Assembly (NCBI RefSeq): GCF_009914755.1
Contig: NC_060925.1
DNA length: 64,000 nt
Direction: 5' to 3' (one strand)
Source of the DNA: the human T2T-CHM13v2.0 reference genome, Homo sapiens
Below the pieces are notes generated by a model that did no database searches, was not told where the DNA came from, and worked only from the letters and a program-made list of their open reading frames with translations. The position numbers and the translations under genes are program-made. Of the stretch, positions 1 through 12,300 are shown in pieces; position 1 is the first letter of the stretch; the number at the start of each line of letters is the position of its first letter.

Positions 1-1250
1 AATGGAGTGGAGTGGAGTGAAATGGAATGAAATGCAAATGAAAGAAATGGAATGAAATGCAAATGAAAGAAATAGAATGAAATGAATTAGAATGCAATGG
101 AGTGGGATGGAGTGGAATGGAATTGAATGAAATGGAATGGAGTGGATTTTAGTGGAGTGGAATGGATTAAAATAGAGTGGAGTATACTGGAGTAGAATGG
201 AATGGGGTAGAGTGGAGTGGAATGGAATGCAATGGAGTGGAGTCAAACGGAGTGGAGTGTAGTGGATTGGAATGCAACGGAACGGAATGGAATGGAATGG
301 AAAGGAGAAGAGTTGACTGTAGTGGAATTTAATGGAGTGGAATATAGCGGAGTGGAGTAGATTGGAAAGGAATGTAGTGGAATGGAACACAAAGGAGTGG
401 AATGGAATGCAATGTAATGTAATGTAATGGAATGGAGTCAGGTAGAGTGGAATGGATTTGAGTGGAGTTTAAGATAATGGAATGAAATAGAGTGGAGTGG
501 CATGTGGTAGAGGGTAATGAAATGGAATGGACTGCAGTGGAATTAAAAGGGATGGAATGCAGTAGAATGGAGTGAAGTGGAATTTAATGGAATGGAAAGG
601 AGTGGAATGGAATGCAATGTAATGGAATGAAATGGAATGGAATGGAATTAAATGGAGTGGAGTGGAATATAACGGAATGGAGTGGAATAGAATGGAATGG
701 ATTGCAATGAATTGGAGTGGCATTGAGTGCAGTGGAGTGGAGTGGAATGGAGTGAATGGGACAGATTGTAATGGAATGGAATGGAATGGAAAGGGGAGTA
801 ATTGAATGGAATGGAGTGGAATGGACTGGAGTGGAGTGGAGTGGAATGGAATGGAGTGCAGTGGAGGGGAATGGAATGGAATGGAATGGAATGGATTGGA
901 ATGGAATGGAATGGAATGGAATGGATTGGAATGGAATGGAATGGAGTGGAATATAGTGGAGAGGAGGGGATTGGAAAGGAATGTAGTGCAATGGAATGGA
1001 AAGGAGTAGAATGGAATGGAATGGAATGAAGGAGAATGAAATGGAATGGAATGGAATGGAGTGGGGTGGAGTGGAATGGAATGGAATGGAGTGGAGTGCA
1101 ATGGAATGGAATGGAATGGAACGGAATGGAATCGAATGGAATCGAATGGAATGGAAGAGAGTGGAATGGAATCGAAAGGAATGGAAGGGAATGAAGTTGA
1201 ATGGAGTGGAGTGAAAAGTAATTGAATGGAGTGCAGTCAATTGGAATGAC

Positions 1251-2400
1251 ATTCCATGGAATGGAGTGGAATGGAATGGAATTCCATGGAATGGAAATCC
1301 ATGGAAAGGACATCCATGGAATGGAATTCCGTGGAATGGACATCCATGGAATGGAATTCCGTGGAATGGACATCCATGGAATGGAAATCCGTGGAATGGA
1401 CATCCATGGAATGGAAATCCGTGGAATGGAATTCCATGGAATGGAAATCCGTGGAATGGAATTCCATGGAATGGAAATCCGTGGAATGGAATTCCATGGA
1501 ATGGAAATCCGTGGAATGGAATTCCATGGAATGGAAATCCGTGGAATGGAATTCCATGGAATGGAAATCCGTGGAATGGAATTCCATGGAATGGAAATCC
1601 GTGGAATGGAATTCCATGGAACGGAAAGGAAATCCATGAAATGGAATTCCATGGAACGGAAAGGAAATCCGTGGAATGGAATTCCATGGAACGGAAAGGA
1701 AATCCGTGGAATGGAATTCCATGGAACGGAAAGGAAATCCGTGGAATGGAATTCCATGGAACGGAAAGGAAATCCGTGGAATGGAATTCCATGGAACGGA
1801 AAGGAAATCCGTGGAATGGAATTCCATGGAACGGAAAGGAAATCCGTGGAATGGAATTCCATGGAACGGAAAGGAAATCCGTGGAATGGAATTCCATGGA
1901 ATGGAAAGGAAATCCGTGGAATGGAAATATTCCATGGAATGGAAAGGAAATCCATGGAATGGAATTCCATGGAATGGAAAGGAAATCCATGGAATGGAAA
2001 GGAAATCCATGGAATGGAATTCCATGGAATGGAAAGGAAATCCATGGAATGGAATGAAATGGAATTCCATGGAATGGAAAGGAAGTCCATGGAATGGAAT
2101 TCCATGGAATGGAAACGAAGTCCATGGAATGGAATTCCATGGAATGGAAAGGAAGTTCATGGAATCGAATTCCATGGAATGGAATTCCATGGCATCGAAA
2201 GGTAATCCATGGAATGGAATTCCATGGAATGGAAAGGAAATCCATGGAATTCCATGGAATCGAAAGGAAATCCATGGAATGGAAAGGAAATCCATGGAAT
2301 GGAATTAAATGGAATTCCATGGAATAGAATGGAATGGAATGCAATGGAAAACCATGGAATGGAATGGAATGCAATGGAATTTCATGGAATGGAATTCCAT
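1251..2400. repeat. Palindromic minisatellite island (15/30/35-bp units containing ATTCCATGGAAT) inside HSat3
   Basis: Seven exact copies of ATGGAAATCCGTGGAATGGAATTCCATGGA at 1411-1620. 35-mer ATTCCATGGAACGGAAAGGAAATCCGTGGAATGGA starts at 1681, 1716, 1751, 1786, 1821 and 1856. Roughly 40 CCATGG sites, which are almost absent from the rest of 1-22920. Confidence 0.95.
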
Positions 2401-4865
2401 GCAATGGAATGGATTGGAATGGAATGGAATGGAATGGAATTAAATGGAATTATATGGATTGCAATGGAATTGAATTGAGTGGAATAGAATGGAAACGAAG
2501 GCAATTGAATGGAATGGAATAGACTAGAGTGTTATGGAATGGAATGGAGTGGAGAAGAATGGGTGGGAAAGGAATAGTATGGAATGGAATGGAATGGAGT
2601 TGAATGGAATGCAATGGAGGGGACTGGATTGTAATGGAATGGAGTGGAATGAAGTTAAGTGGAATGGAATGGAATGCAATGCAGTGGAGTGGAAAGGTGT
2701 GGAGAGGATTGGAATGGAGTTGAATGCAATGGAGTTGAGTGCAGAGAAATGAACAGGAGTGGAATGGAGTACAGAGGAATGGCATGGAATGAATGGTAGT
2801 GGAAAGGAATGGAATGGATTGGAATGGAGTGGTATGGAATGGAATGGAGTGTAATGGAATGGAATGGAATTGAACAGAGTGGAGTGGAATGGAATGGAAT
2901 TGAGTGTAGGACAATGGAATGGAATGGAATGCAATGCAATGGAGAGGAGGGGATTGGAGTGGAATGGAATGGAGTGGAATGGAGTGGAGTGGAATGGATT
3001 GGAAAGGAAAGGAGTGGATTGAATAGAATGGAATGGAAAGGAATGGAATGGAAAGGACTGGAATGGAACGGAGTGGAGAGGAGTGAAATGGAATGGGTTG
3101 GAATGGAATGGAATAGAGTGGAGTAGAATGGAACGGAATAGGATGGAGAGGAATGGGGAGGAATGTAGTGGAGTGAAATGGAATGGAGTGGAGTGGAATG
3201 GCAATGAATGGAATGGAGTGGCATGGAGTGGAATGGAGAGGAGTGGAATGCAATGGAATGGAATGGAGTGGAGAGGAATGGTATGGAGTGGAATGGAATG
3301 GAATGGAATGGAGTTGAGTGACGTGGAATAGACTGGATTGGAATTGAGTAGAGTGGAATGTAATGGAATAGAGTGTTGTTCAGTAGAATGAAATGCAATG
3401 AAATGGAATGGAATGGAATGGAATGGAAAGGGGTTGAGTGAAGTGGAATGGAGTGGTTTGGAATGGAACGAGTGCAGTGGAATGGAATGGAATGGAATGA
3501 AATGGACTGTAGTTGAATGGAATGGGACGAAGTGTAATAGAATGGAATGGAATGGAGTGTAGTGGAATGGAAAGGAAAGGAGTGGAAAGGAATGGAATGG
3601 AATTGGCAAGAGAGGACTGCGGTAGAATGCAATGGAAGGAAATGGAATGGAATGGAGTAGAATGGAATGGATTGGAGTGAAGTGAAATGGAAAGGGTTTT
3701 AATGCAGAGGAGTGGAATTGAATGAAATGCAGTGGAGTGGAATGCGATGTAATAGAACTGAATGGAGTGGAGTGAAATGGGGTGGTATGGAATAGAATGG
3801 AATGGAATTTTATGGATTGGAATGGAATAAAATGAAATGGAATGGATTGCAATGGAGACTAGAGGAGTGGACTGGAAGAGAATGTAGTGGAATGTAGTGG
3901 AGTGCAGTGGATTGTAATTGATGGAATGGAATGGAATGGAAAGAAGTGGAGTGGAATGGAAAGGAATGGAATGGAGCGACGTGGATTTTAAGGGAATTGA
4001 GAGGAATGTAAGGTATGGAATGGAATGGAATGGAAAGTGGAATGGAGTGGAGAGGAGTGGAATGGAATGCATGAAGTGAAGTGCAGGTGAAGTGGAAAGA
4101 ATGGAATGGAATGGAATGGAATGGAATTGAGTGGAGTGGAGTGAGATGGAATGCAACGGAATGGTGAGAAGGGGAGTGGAGTCGAATGGAATAGAGAGGA
4201 ATGTAGAGGAGTGGAGAGCATTGTAACGGAATGTAGTGGAATGGAATGGAATGAAATGGAAAGAAATGGAATGGAGTGGAGTGGAGTGGAATGGAATTGA
4301 GTGGACTGCAATGGAATGGAATGGAATGGAATGGAATGGAATGGAATGGAATGGAATGGAATGGACTGCAGTGGTGTGGCATGGGGTCGAGTGGAATGGA
4401 ATTGAATTAAATGGAATGGAATGGAGCGCTATTTAGTGGAGTGGAGGGGAATGGAATGGAATGGAATGGAATGGAATGGAGTCCAATGGAACGGAATGGA
4501 ATGGAATGACATGGAATGGAATGGATTTGAATAGAATGGAGTGGAATGGAATGGAATGGAATGGAATAAACTGGAATGGAGTGGAATGGAATGGAATGGA
4601 ATGGAGTTGAATGGAATGGAGTGGAAAGGAGTGGAGTGGAATGGAATTCAAGGGCGTTGAAAGGAGTAGAGCGGAATGGAATTTAATGGATTGTAGAGGA
4701 ATAGAATGGAATGGAATGGATTAGAGAATAATGGAGTGAAAAGGAGTGGAGTGGAATGGAATAGGTTGGAAAGGAATGTGGTGGAATGGAGTTGTCTGGA
4801 GTGGAATGGAATGGAGTAGAATGGAGTTGAGTGCAATGGCATGGAATGGAATGGAATGGAATGGA

Positions 4866-5000
4866 GTGGAGTAGAGTGGGGACGAGTGGATATGAATGGA
4901 ATGGAATGGAATGAAATGGAATGGAATGGAATGGAATGGAGTGGAGTGGAGTGGGGACGAGTGGATATGAATGGAATGGAATGGAATGAAATGGAATGGA
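4866..5000 (+). repeat. 75-bp local tandem duplication in HSat3
   Basis: Rare motif GACGAGTGGATATGAATGG at 4881 and 4956. Confidence 0.85.
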
Positions 5001-8000
5001 ATAGAATGGAATGGAGTGGAGTGCAATAGATTGGAATGGAATGGAATGGAGTGGAATGGAATGGTGTTGAGTGGAATGTAAGGGAATGGAATGGAATAGA
5101 GTGGAATGGAATGGAGTGGAATGTAATTTAATGGAATGTAATGGAATGGAGTGGAATGGAATGGAATGGAATGGAATGAAAATGAGGGGAATGGAATAAA
5201 ATGGATTGTAGTGGAAAGGAGTGCAGCGGAATGGAATGGAATGGAAGGGAGTGGACTGAAATGGATAGGATTGGAATGGAATGGAATGCAATGGAATGGT
5301 GTGGAATAGAATGGAATGGAATAGAGTGCAGGGGAGTATAATGGCATGGAATGGAGTGGAATGTACTGTAGTGGTGTGGATTGGAATGGATGAGAGTGGA
5401 ATGGAATGAAACGGAGTTGTTTAGAATGGAATGGAATGGAATGGAGTGGAGTGGAGTGGAATGGAATGTAATGGAGTGGAATGGAATGGAATTGAATGGA
5501 ATGGAATGGAATGGAATAAAGTGGAATGGAGTGGAGTGGAGTGGAATAGAATGGATGGAATGAATTGGAATGCAATGGAATGGAATGGAGTGGAATGGAA
5601 TGAAGTGGAGTGAGATGGAATGGTATGGAGTGGAGGGGAGGTCAGTGGTGTGGAATGGAATGGAGAGGAATGTAGTGGAGTGGAGTGGACTCGAAAGGAA
5701 TGTAGTGGAATTGAATGGAGTGGAGTGAAATGGAACGCAATGGAATGGAATGGAATGAAAAGCAATGGAATGGAATCAGTGGAGTGTAGTGGAATGGAAT
5801 AGAGTAGAGTGGAATGGAAAGGAATGGAATGGAGTGGAATGGAAAGAATGGAATGGAATGCAATGGAATGGAATGAATGGAATGGAATGCAATGGAATGG
5901 AATGGAATGTAGTGCAGTGGAGTAAACTGGAGTGTGGTCGAGTGGTATGGAATGGAATGGAATGGAATGGAATGGAATGGAATGGAATGGAATGGAATGG
6001 AATTCTATAGAGTGGCGTGGAGTGCACTGGAGTGGAATGCAATGGACCGGAATGGAAAGGAATGGCATGGAGTCGAATGGAATGCAGTAGAATGGAATTG
6101 CATGGAATGGTTTGGAAAGGAATGGAGTGGAATGGAATGGAGTAGAATGAAGTGGAGTTGACTGGAATGCAATGGAGTAGAATGGAGTGTAGTGGAATGG
6201 AATGGAATGGATTGTAGTGGAATGGAATGGAATGGATTGGAGTGGAATGCAGTACAATGGAGTGGAGAGTAATGGAATGGAGTGGCATGTAATGGAGTGG
6301 AATAGAGTTGAGTAGAGTGGAATGGATAGGAAAGTAATGGAGTGGAGTTCAGTGCAGTGGGTTTGAGTGAAAGGGAATGGAATGCAAGGGAATGGAAAAG
6401 AGGGTAGTGGAGAAAAATGGAATGGAGTGGAATGTATTGCAGTGGAATGATTTGGAATGGAACGAGTGTAGTGGAATGGAATGGAGTGGAAGGGAATGGA
6501 GGGGCGTGGAGTGGAATGGAATGGAGTGGAAGGGAATGGAGTGGCGTGGAGTGAAATGGAATGTAATAGAGTGGACTGGAGTAGAGTGGAAAGGAACGGA
6601 TTGTATTGGAAGGGAATGGAAAGGAATGAAATGGAATGTAATAGAAAGGAGTGAAGTGGAATGAAATGGAATGGAGTGGAATGGAAGGAGTGGAGTGGAA
6701 GGGAATAGAATGGAATTGATTGGAGTGGAAAGGAATGGAGTGGAATGGAATGGATTCGAATGGAATGGATTGGAGAAGACTGGAATGGAATGCAGTGGAG
6801 TGAAGTAGAATGCAATGGAATAGAAACTGTGGAACGGAATGGAGTGGGGTGGAATGTAATGGAATGTAGTGGAGTGAATTAGAAAGGAATGGAATGGAAT
6901 GAACTGGAGTGGACTGGAGTGTAATGGAGTGGAATGGAATGGAATGGAATGGAAAGAAATGCAGTGGAAAGGAGTGGCATGGAATGCAATGGAATGGAAT
7001 GGAGTGGAGTGGAATGGAATGAAATGCAATGGAATGCAATGGAATGGAATGGAATGGAATAGAATGCAATGGAATGGTGTGGTTTGGAACGGAATGGAGG
7101 GGAGTGGAATGGAGTGGAATGGAATGGAATGGAATTGAATGGAAAGGAGGAGAGTGGAGTGGAATAGAATCGAGTGGAATGTAGTGGAGTGGAAAGGAAT
7201 GGAATGGAATGCAGTGGAATGGAATGAAATGCAGTGGAATGGAATGGAATGGAATGGAATGCAATGCAATGGAATGCAATGGAATGGAATGGAGTGGAAT
7301 GGAATAGAATGGAGTGGAATCGAGTGGAATGGAAAAGAATGGACTGGAATGCATTGGAAAGGAATGGAATGGAATGGAATGGATTGGAACGGAGTGTTGT
7401 AGAATTGAATGCACTGTAGAGGAGTGGAATGCAATGGAATTCAATGTAATGGAATGCAGTGCAAAGGAATGGAATGGAATGGAGTGGAGTGGAGTGGAGG
7501 GGAGTGGAATGGAGTGGAGTGGAATGGAATGGAATGGAATTGAGTGGAGTGGAGTGGAATGGAATGGAATGGAATGGAATGGAATGGAATGAATTGGAAT
7601 GTAAAGGAGGGGAGTGGAGTTGAATGGAGAGGAACGAATTTTAGTGGAATGTAATGGAATGGAACGGAATGCTCTGGATTTGAATGGAATGGTATGGAAT
7701 GAAGTGGAATGGAATGGAAAGGAATGAAATGCAAAGTAATGGAATGGAAAGGAAAGGAGTGGAATGGAATGGAATTGATTGGAGAAGAAAGGAGTAGAGT
7801 GGAATGGAATGGAATGGAATGGAATGGATTGTCGTGGAAAGAATGAAATTGAATGGAATGGTGTGGAATGGCGTGGTTTGGAATGGAACAGAGTGTATTG
7901 GAATTGAAGGGAATGGAAGGAATGGAATGGAATGGAATGGAATCGAATTGAATGGAGTGTACAGGAATGGAATGAATTGGAGAGGAATGGAATGGAATGG

Positions 8001-8968
8001 AATAGAATGGAATGGAATGGAATGGAACGGAATGGAATGGAATGAAATGGAATGGAACTGAATGGAATGGAATGGAATGGAATGGAATGGAATGGAATGG
8101 AATGGAATGGAATGGGGAGGAGGGAAATTGGGTGGAATGGAATGGAATGGAGTGGAATGGAATGGAGTGGCATGGAATGGAGTGGAGTGGTGTGGAATGG
8201 AGTGGAGTGGTGTGGAATGAAATGGATTGGAATGGAGTGGAGTGGAATGGAAAGGAAAGAAGTGGAATGGAATGGAATCGAATGGAAAGGAATGCAGCGG
8301 TGTTGAATGGAGTTTTATAGAATGCAGTGTCTAGGAATGTAATGGAATGTAAGGCAAAAGAATGTAATGGAATGGAATGGAAACGAAGAGAGTGGAATGG
8401 AGTGCAGTGGAGTGGAGTGCAATGGAATGGAATGGAATTGAATGGAAGGGAATGGATTGCAATGGAATGGAGTGGAATGGAATGGAGTGGAGTGGAGTGC
8501 AATGGAATGAAATGGAATTGAATGGAATGGAACGGACTGGATTGGAATGGACTGAAGTGCCATGGATTTCAGAGGAGTAGAGTGGAATGGAATGGAACGG
8601 AGTGGAGTGGAATGGGACGGAATGCAGTGGACTGGAATGGAATGTAGTGGAGCGAAATGGAGTGGAGTGTACTGGAATGGAATTCAGTGGAATGGAATGG
8701 AAGGGAATGGAGTGGAATGGAGTTGAGTGGAGTGGAGTGGAATGGAATGGAGTGGAATGGAATGGAGTGAGTGGAATGGAGTGGAGTGGAATGGAGTGAA
8801 ATGTAATAGAATGGATTAAAGTGGTATGGAATGGAGTGGAATTAATTTGAGTGTAATGGAGTGGCTTGGAATGGAGTGGGGTCGAGTGGAATGGAACGGA
8901 ATGGAATGGAATGGGAAGGAATGGAGTGGAGGTGAATGAAGAAGAGTGGAGTGGATTGGAATGGAATG

Positions 8969-9368
8969 GAGTGGAATAGATTGGAATTGAGTGGAGTGGA
9001 GTGGAGTGGTGTGGAGTGGAATGGAGTCAAATGGAATGGAATAGAACGCAATGGAGTGGAGTGAAAAGGAATCAAAATGAAACGAAATGGAATGGAATGG
9101 AATGGAATGGAATGGATTGGAGTGGAGTAAAGTGGAGTGGATTGTAGTGGAGTGGAATGGAGAGGAGTGGAATAGATTGGAATTGAGTGGAGTGGAGTGG
9201 TGTGGAGTGGAATGGAGTCAAATGGAATGGAATGGAACGCAATGGAGTGGAGTGGAAAGGAATCAAAATGAAACGAAATGGAATGGAATGGAATGGAATG
9301 GAATGGAATGGAATGGAATGGATTGGAGTGGAGTAAAGTGGAGTGGATTGTAGTGGAGTGGAATGGAG
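8969..9368 (+). repeat. ~190-205-bp tandem duplication in HSat3
   Basis: ATCAAAATGAAACGAAATGG at 9071 and 9262 (offset 191). GAGTCAAATGG, GAACGCAATGG and GGAGTAAAGTGG are also duplicated. The copies differ in the length of an internal GGAAT run. Confidence 0.9.
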
Positions 9369-12300
9369 TGGAGTGGAATGGAGGGGGTGGAGTGGAGTGA
9401 AGAGGAATGGAATGGATTTTAGTAGAGTGGAGTCGTGTGGAGTGGAGTGGAATGGTGTGGAGTGGATTGGAATGGAGTGGAGTGGTGTGGAGTGGAGTGG
9501 AGTGGAATGGAAAGGAATAGAATGGAGTGGAATGGAGTGGAGTGTCATAGAATGGAGTGTAATGGAATGGAATGGAATAGAGTTTTAGTGCAATGGAATG
9601 GAGGATAATGCAGTGGAGTGGAGTGGAATCGAAAGGAAAGGAATGAATTGGAATGGACTGGAGTTGAGTGGATAGGAGTGGAGTGGAGTGAATTGGAAGG
9701 GAACGAAATGGAATGGAATGGAATTGAGTGGAGATGAGAAGAGTGTACTGTAGAGGAGTGCAATGGGGTTGAATGAAAGGGACTTAAGTGGAATGGAGTG
9801 GAATGTAATGGAATGAAATGGAATGGAGTGGTGTGGAATGGAATGGAGTGGAGCGGAATGGAGTGGTGTGGAATGGAATGGAGAGGAGGGGATTGGAGTG
9901 GATTGGATTGTAATGTAGAAAGAGGAATGGAATTGAATGGAGCGAAGTCAAATAAATTGGAGTGGATTGAAGTGGATTGTAATTGAGCGGAATGGAGTGG
10001 AATGGAAAGGAGTAGGGTGGATTGGAGTGGAGTAGAGTGCAATGAAATGGAATGGGGTGGAGTGGAGTGGACTATACTGGAGTTGAATGAGGTGGAGTGG
10101 AGTGGAATTGAATGATGTGGAATGGAATGCAATGGAGTGCAATGGAGTGGAGTTGAGTGGAATGAAATGAATGGATTGGAGCAGATTGGAATGTAATGTA
10201 ATGGAATGGATTGGATTGGAATGGACTGGAATGTTTTGGAATGGAATGGAGTGGAGTGGAATGGAGTGTAGTGGAATGGAGTGGAGTGGAATGGAGCGGA
10301 ATGGGATGGAATGCAGCTGGATGGTGTGCAGTGGAATTAAATGGAGTGGAGTGGAATGGAATGGACTGCAGTGAAATATAGTGGAATGGAATGGAACGGA
10401 ACTTAATGCAATAGAATGGAAAGGAATGGAGTGTAATGGAGTGGAGTGGAGTGTAATTTAATGAAATGGAATGGATTGGAGTGGTATGGAATGTAGTGCA
10501 ATGGATTGGAGTGGAGTGGAGTTGAACGGAATTCAATGGAATGCAATGGAGTGGAGAGTAATGGAATGGAATGGAATGGCATGGAGTGGAGTGGGGTGGA
10601 GTGGAGTGGAGTGGAGTGGAATATAATGTAGTGGAGTAGAATGGAGTGAAGTGGAATGGAATGGAGTGGAATGGAATGGAGTGGGATATAATGCATTGGA
10701 GTGGAATGGAGTGGAAAGGGGTGGATTGGAAAGGAGAGGAGTGAAAGGAGTGGAGTGGAGTGAAATGGAGTGGAGTGGAAAGGAATGGAGTGGAGTTGAG
10801 TGGAATGGAATGGAATGGAATGGGATGAATTGGAATGGACTGGAGTGGAGTGGAGTGGAATAGAATAGAGTGGAATGGACTGGAATGGAGTGGAGTGGAG
10901 TGCAAAGGTAAGGAGTGGAAAGGAATGGAATGAAATGCAGTGAAATGGGATGGAGTGAATTGGAATGGATTGGAGTGGAATAGAGATGGGTAGAATGTAA
11001 TGTTGTGTAGTGGAGTGGAATTGAGTAGAATAGAATGGAGTGGAGTGGATTGGACTGGTGTGGAATGGAATGGAATGGATTGGAATGGAAAAGAGTGAAG
11101 TGGAATGGAACGGAATGGAATAGAATGGAATGGAATGCAGTGGAATGGATTGGAAAGACTGGAGTGTAGTGAATTGGTGTGGAACGGAATGGAATGGAGT
11201 GGAGAGGAGTGGAATGGATTGGAGTGGACTCGAATGGAGTGGAATGGAGCGGAGTGGAGAGGAATGGAATGGAGTGGAGTGTAGTGGAATGGAACGCAAT
11301 GGAATGGAGTGGAGTGGAGTGGATTGGAATGGAATGAAGTGGAGTGGAATGCAATGGAATGGAATGGAATGGAATGGGATGGAATGGATTATAGTGGAAT
11401 GGAATGGATTTGAGTGGAATGTAATGGAATGGAGTTGAATGGAATTGAGTGCCGTGGAGTGGAGTGGAGTTGAATGGAGGAGAGTGGAGTGAAGTGGAGT
11501 ATAATGGAGTGGAGTTGAGTGGAATGCATTGGAATGGAATAGAATGGAGTGGAATGGCGTGGAATGGTGTGCATTGAAGTGGAATGGAAGGGAATGGAAT
11601 GAAGAGGAATGAAATAGAGTGGAGTGGGGTGGAGTGGAATTTACTGGAATGGATTCGAATGGAGTGGAGTGGAAGGGAATGGAATGGAATGTGGTGGAGT
11701 ACAGACGAGTGGAATGGAATGGAGATAAATGGAGTGGAATGGAATGGTAAGTAATGGAGTGGAGTGGAGTGGAAGGGAATGGAATGGAAAGGGATGGAAT
11801 GGAGTGGAGTTGAGTGGAAGGAACAGAATGGAGCGGAATGGACTGAAATGGAGTGGAGTGGAATGGTATGCAGTGGAATGTAGTATAGTGGAATGGAGTG
11901 GAATGGCATGGAATGTAGTGGAGTGGTATTTAATGGAGTGAAAAGGAATGGAGTGAGGTGGAGTGGAAGGGTGGGGAGTGGAACGGAATGGAATGGAATC
12001 GAATGGAATGGAGTGAAGTGGAGTGGACTGGAATGGAATGGAATTGAGTGGAATGGAATGGAAAGGAGTGGAATGGAATGGAATTTATTGGAATGGAATG
12101 GAGTGGAATGGAATGGAATGGAGTGAAGTGTAATGGATTGGAGAGGAGTGCAATAGAGCAGGGAGGAATGGAGTGGAATGGAAAATCATAAAGTGGATTG
12201 GAGTGGAATGGAGTGTAGTGGATTTTAATGAAGTGGAAAGCAATGGATTGAAATGGAAGGGAGTGGAATGGAGTGGAATTTAATGGAATGGAGTGGAGTG

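Noticed and set aside
1251-2400. CRISPR-like array of 30-35-bp partly palindromic repeats
   Set aside because: Units are head-to-tail with no unique spacers, there are no cas genes, and the sequence derives directly from the flanking satellite.
1251-2400. Canonical heat-shock elements from inverted GAA/TTC
   Set aside because: The closest spacings are GAA-TTC (0 nt) and TTC-N4-GAA, not the 2-nt spacing of nGAAnnTTCn.
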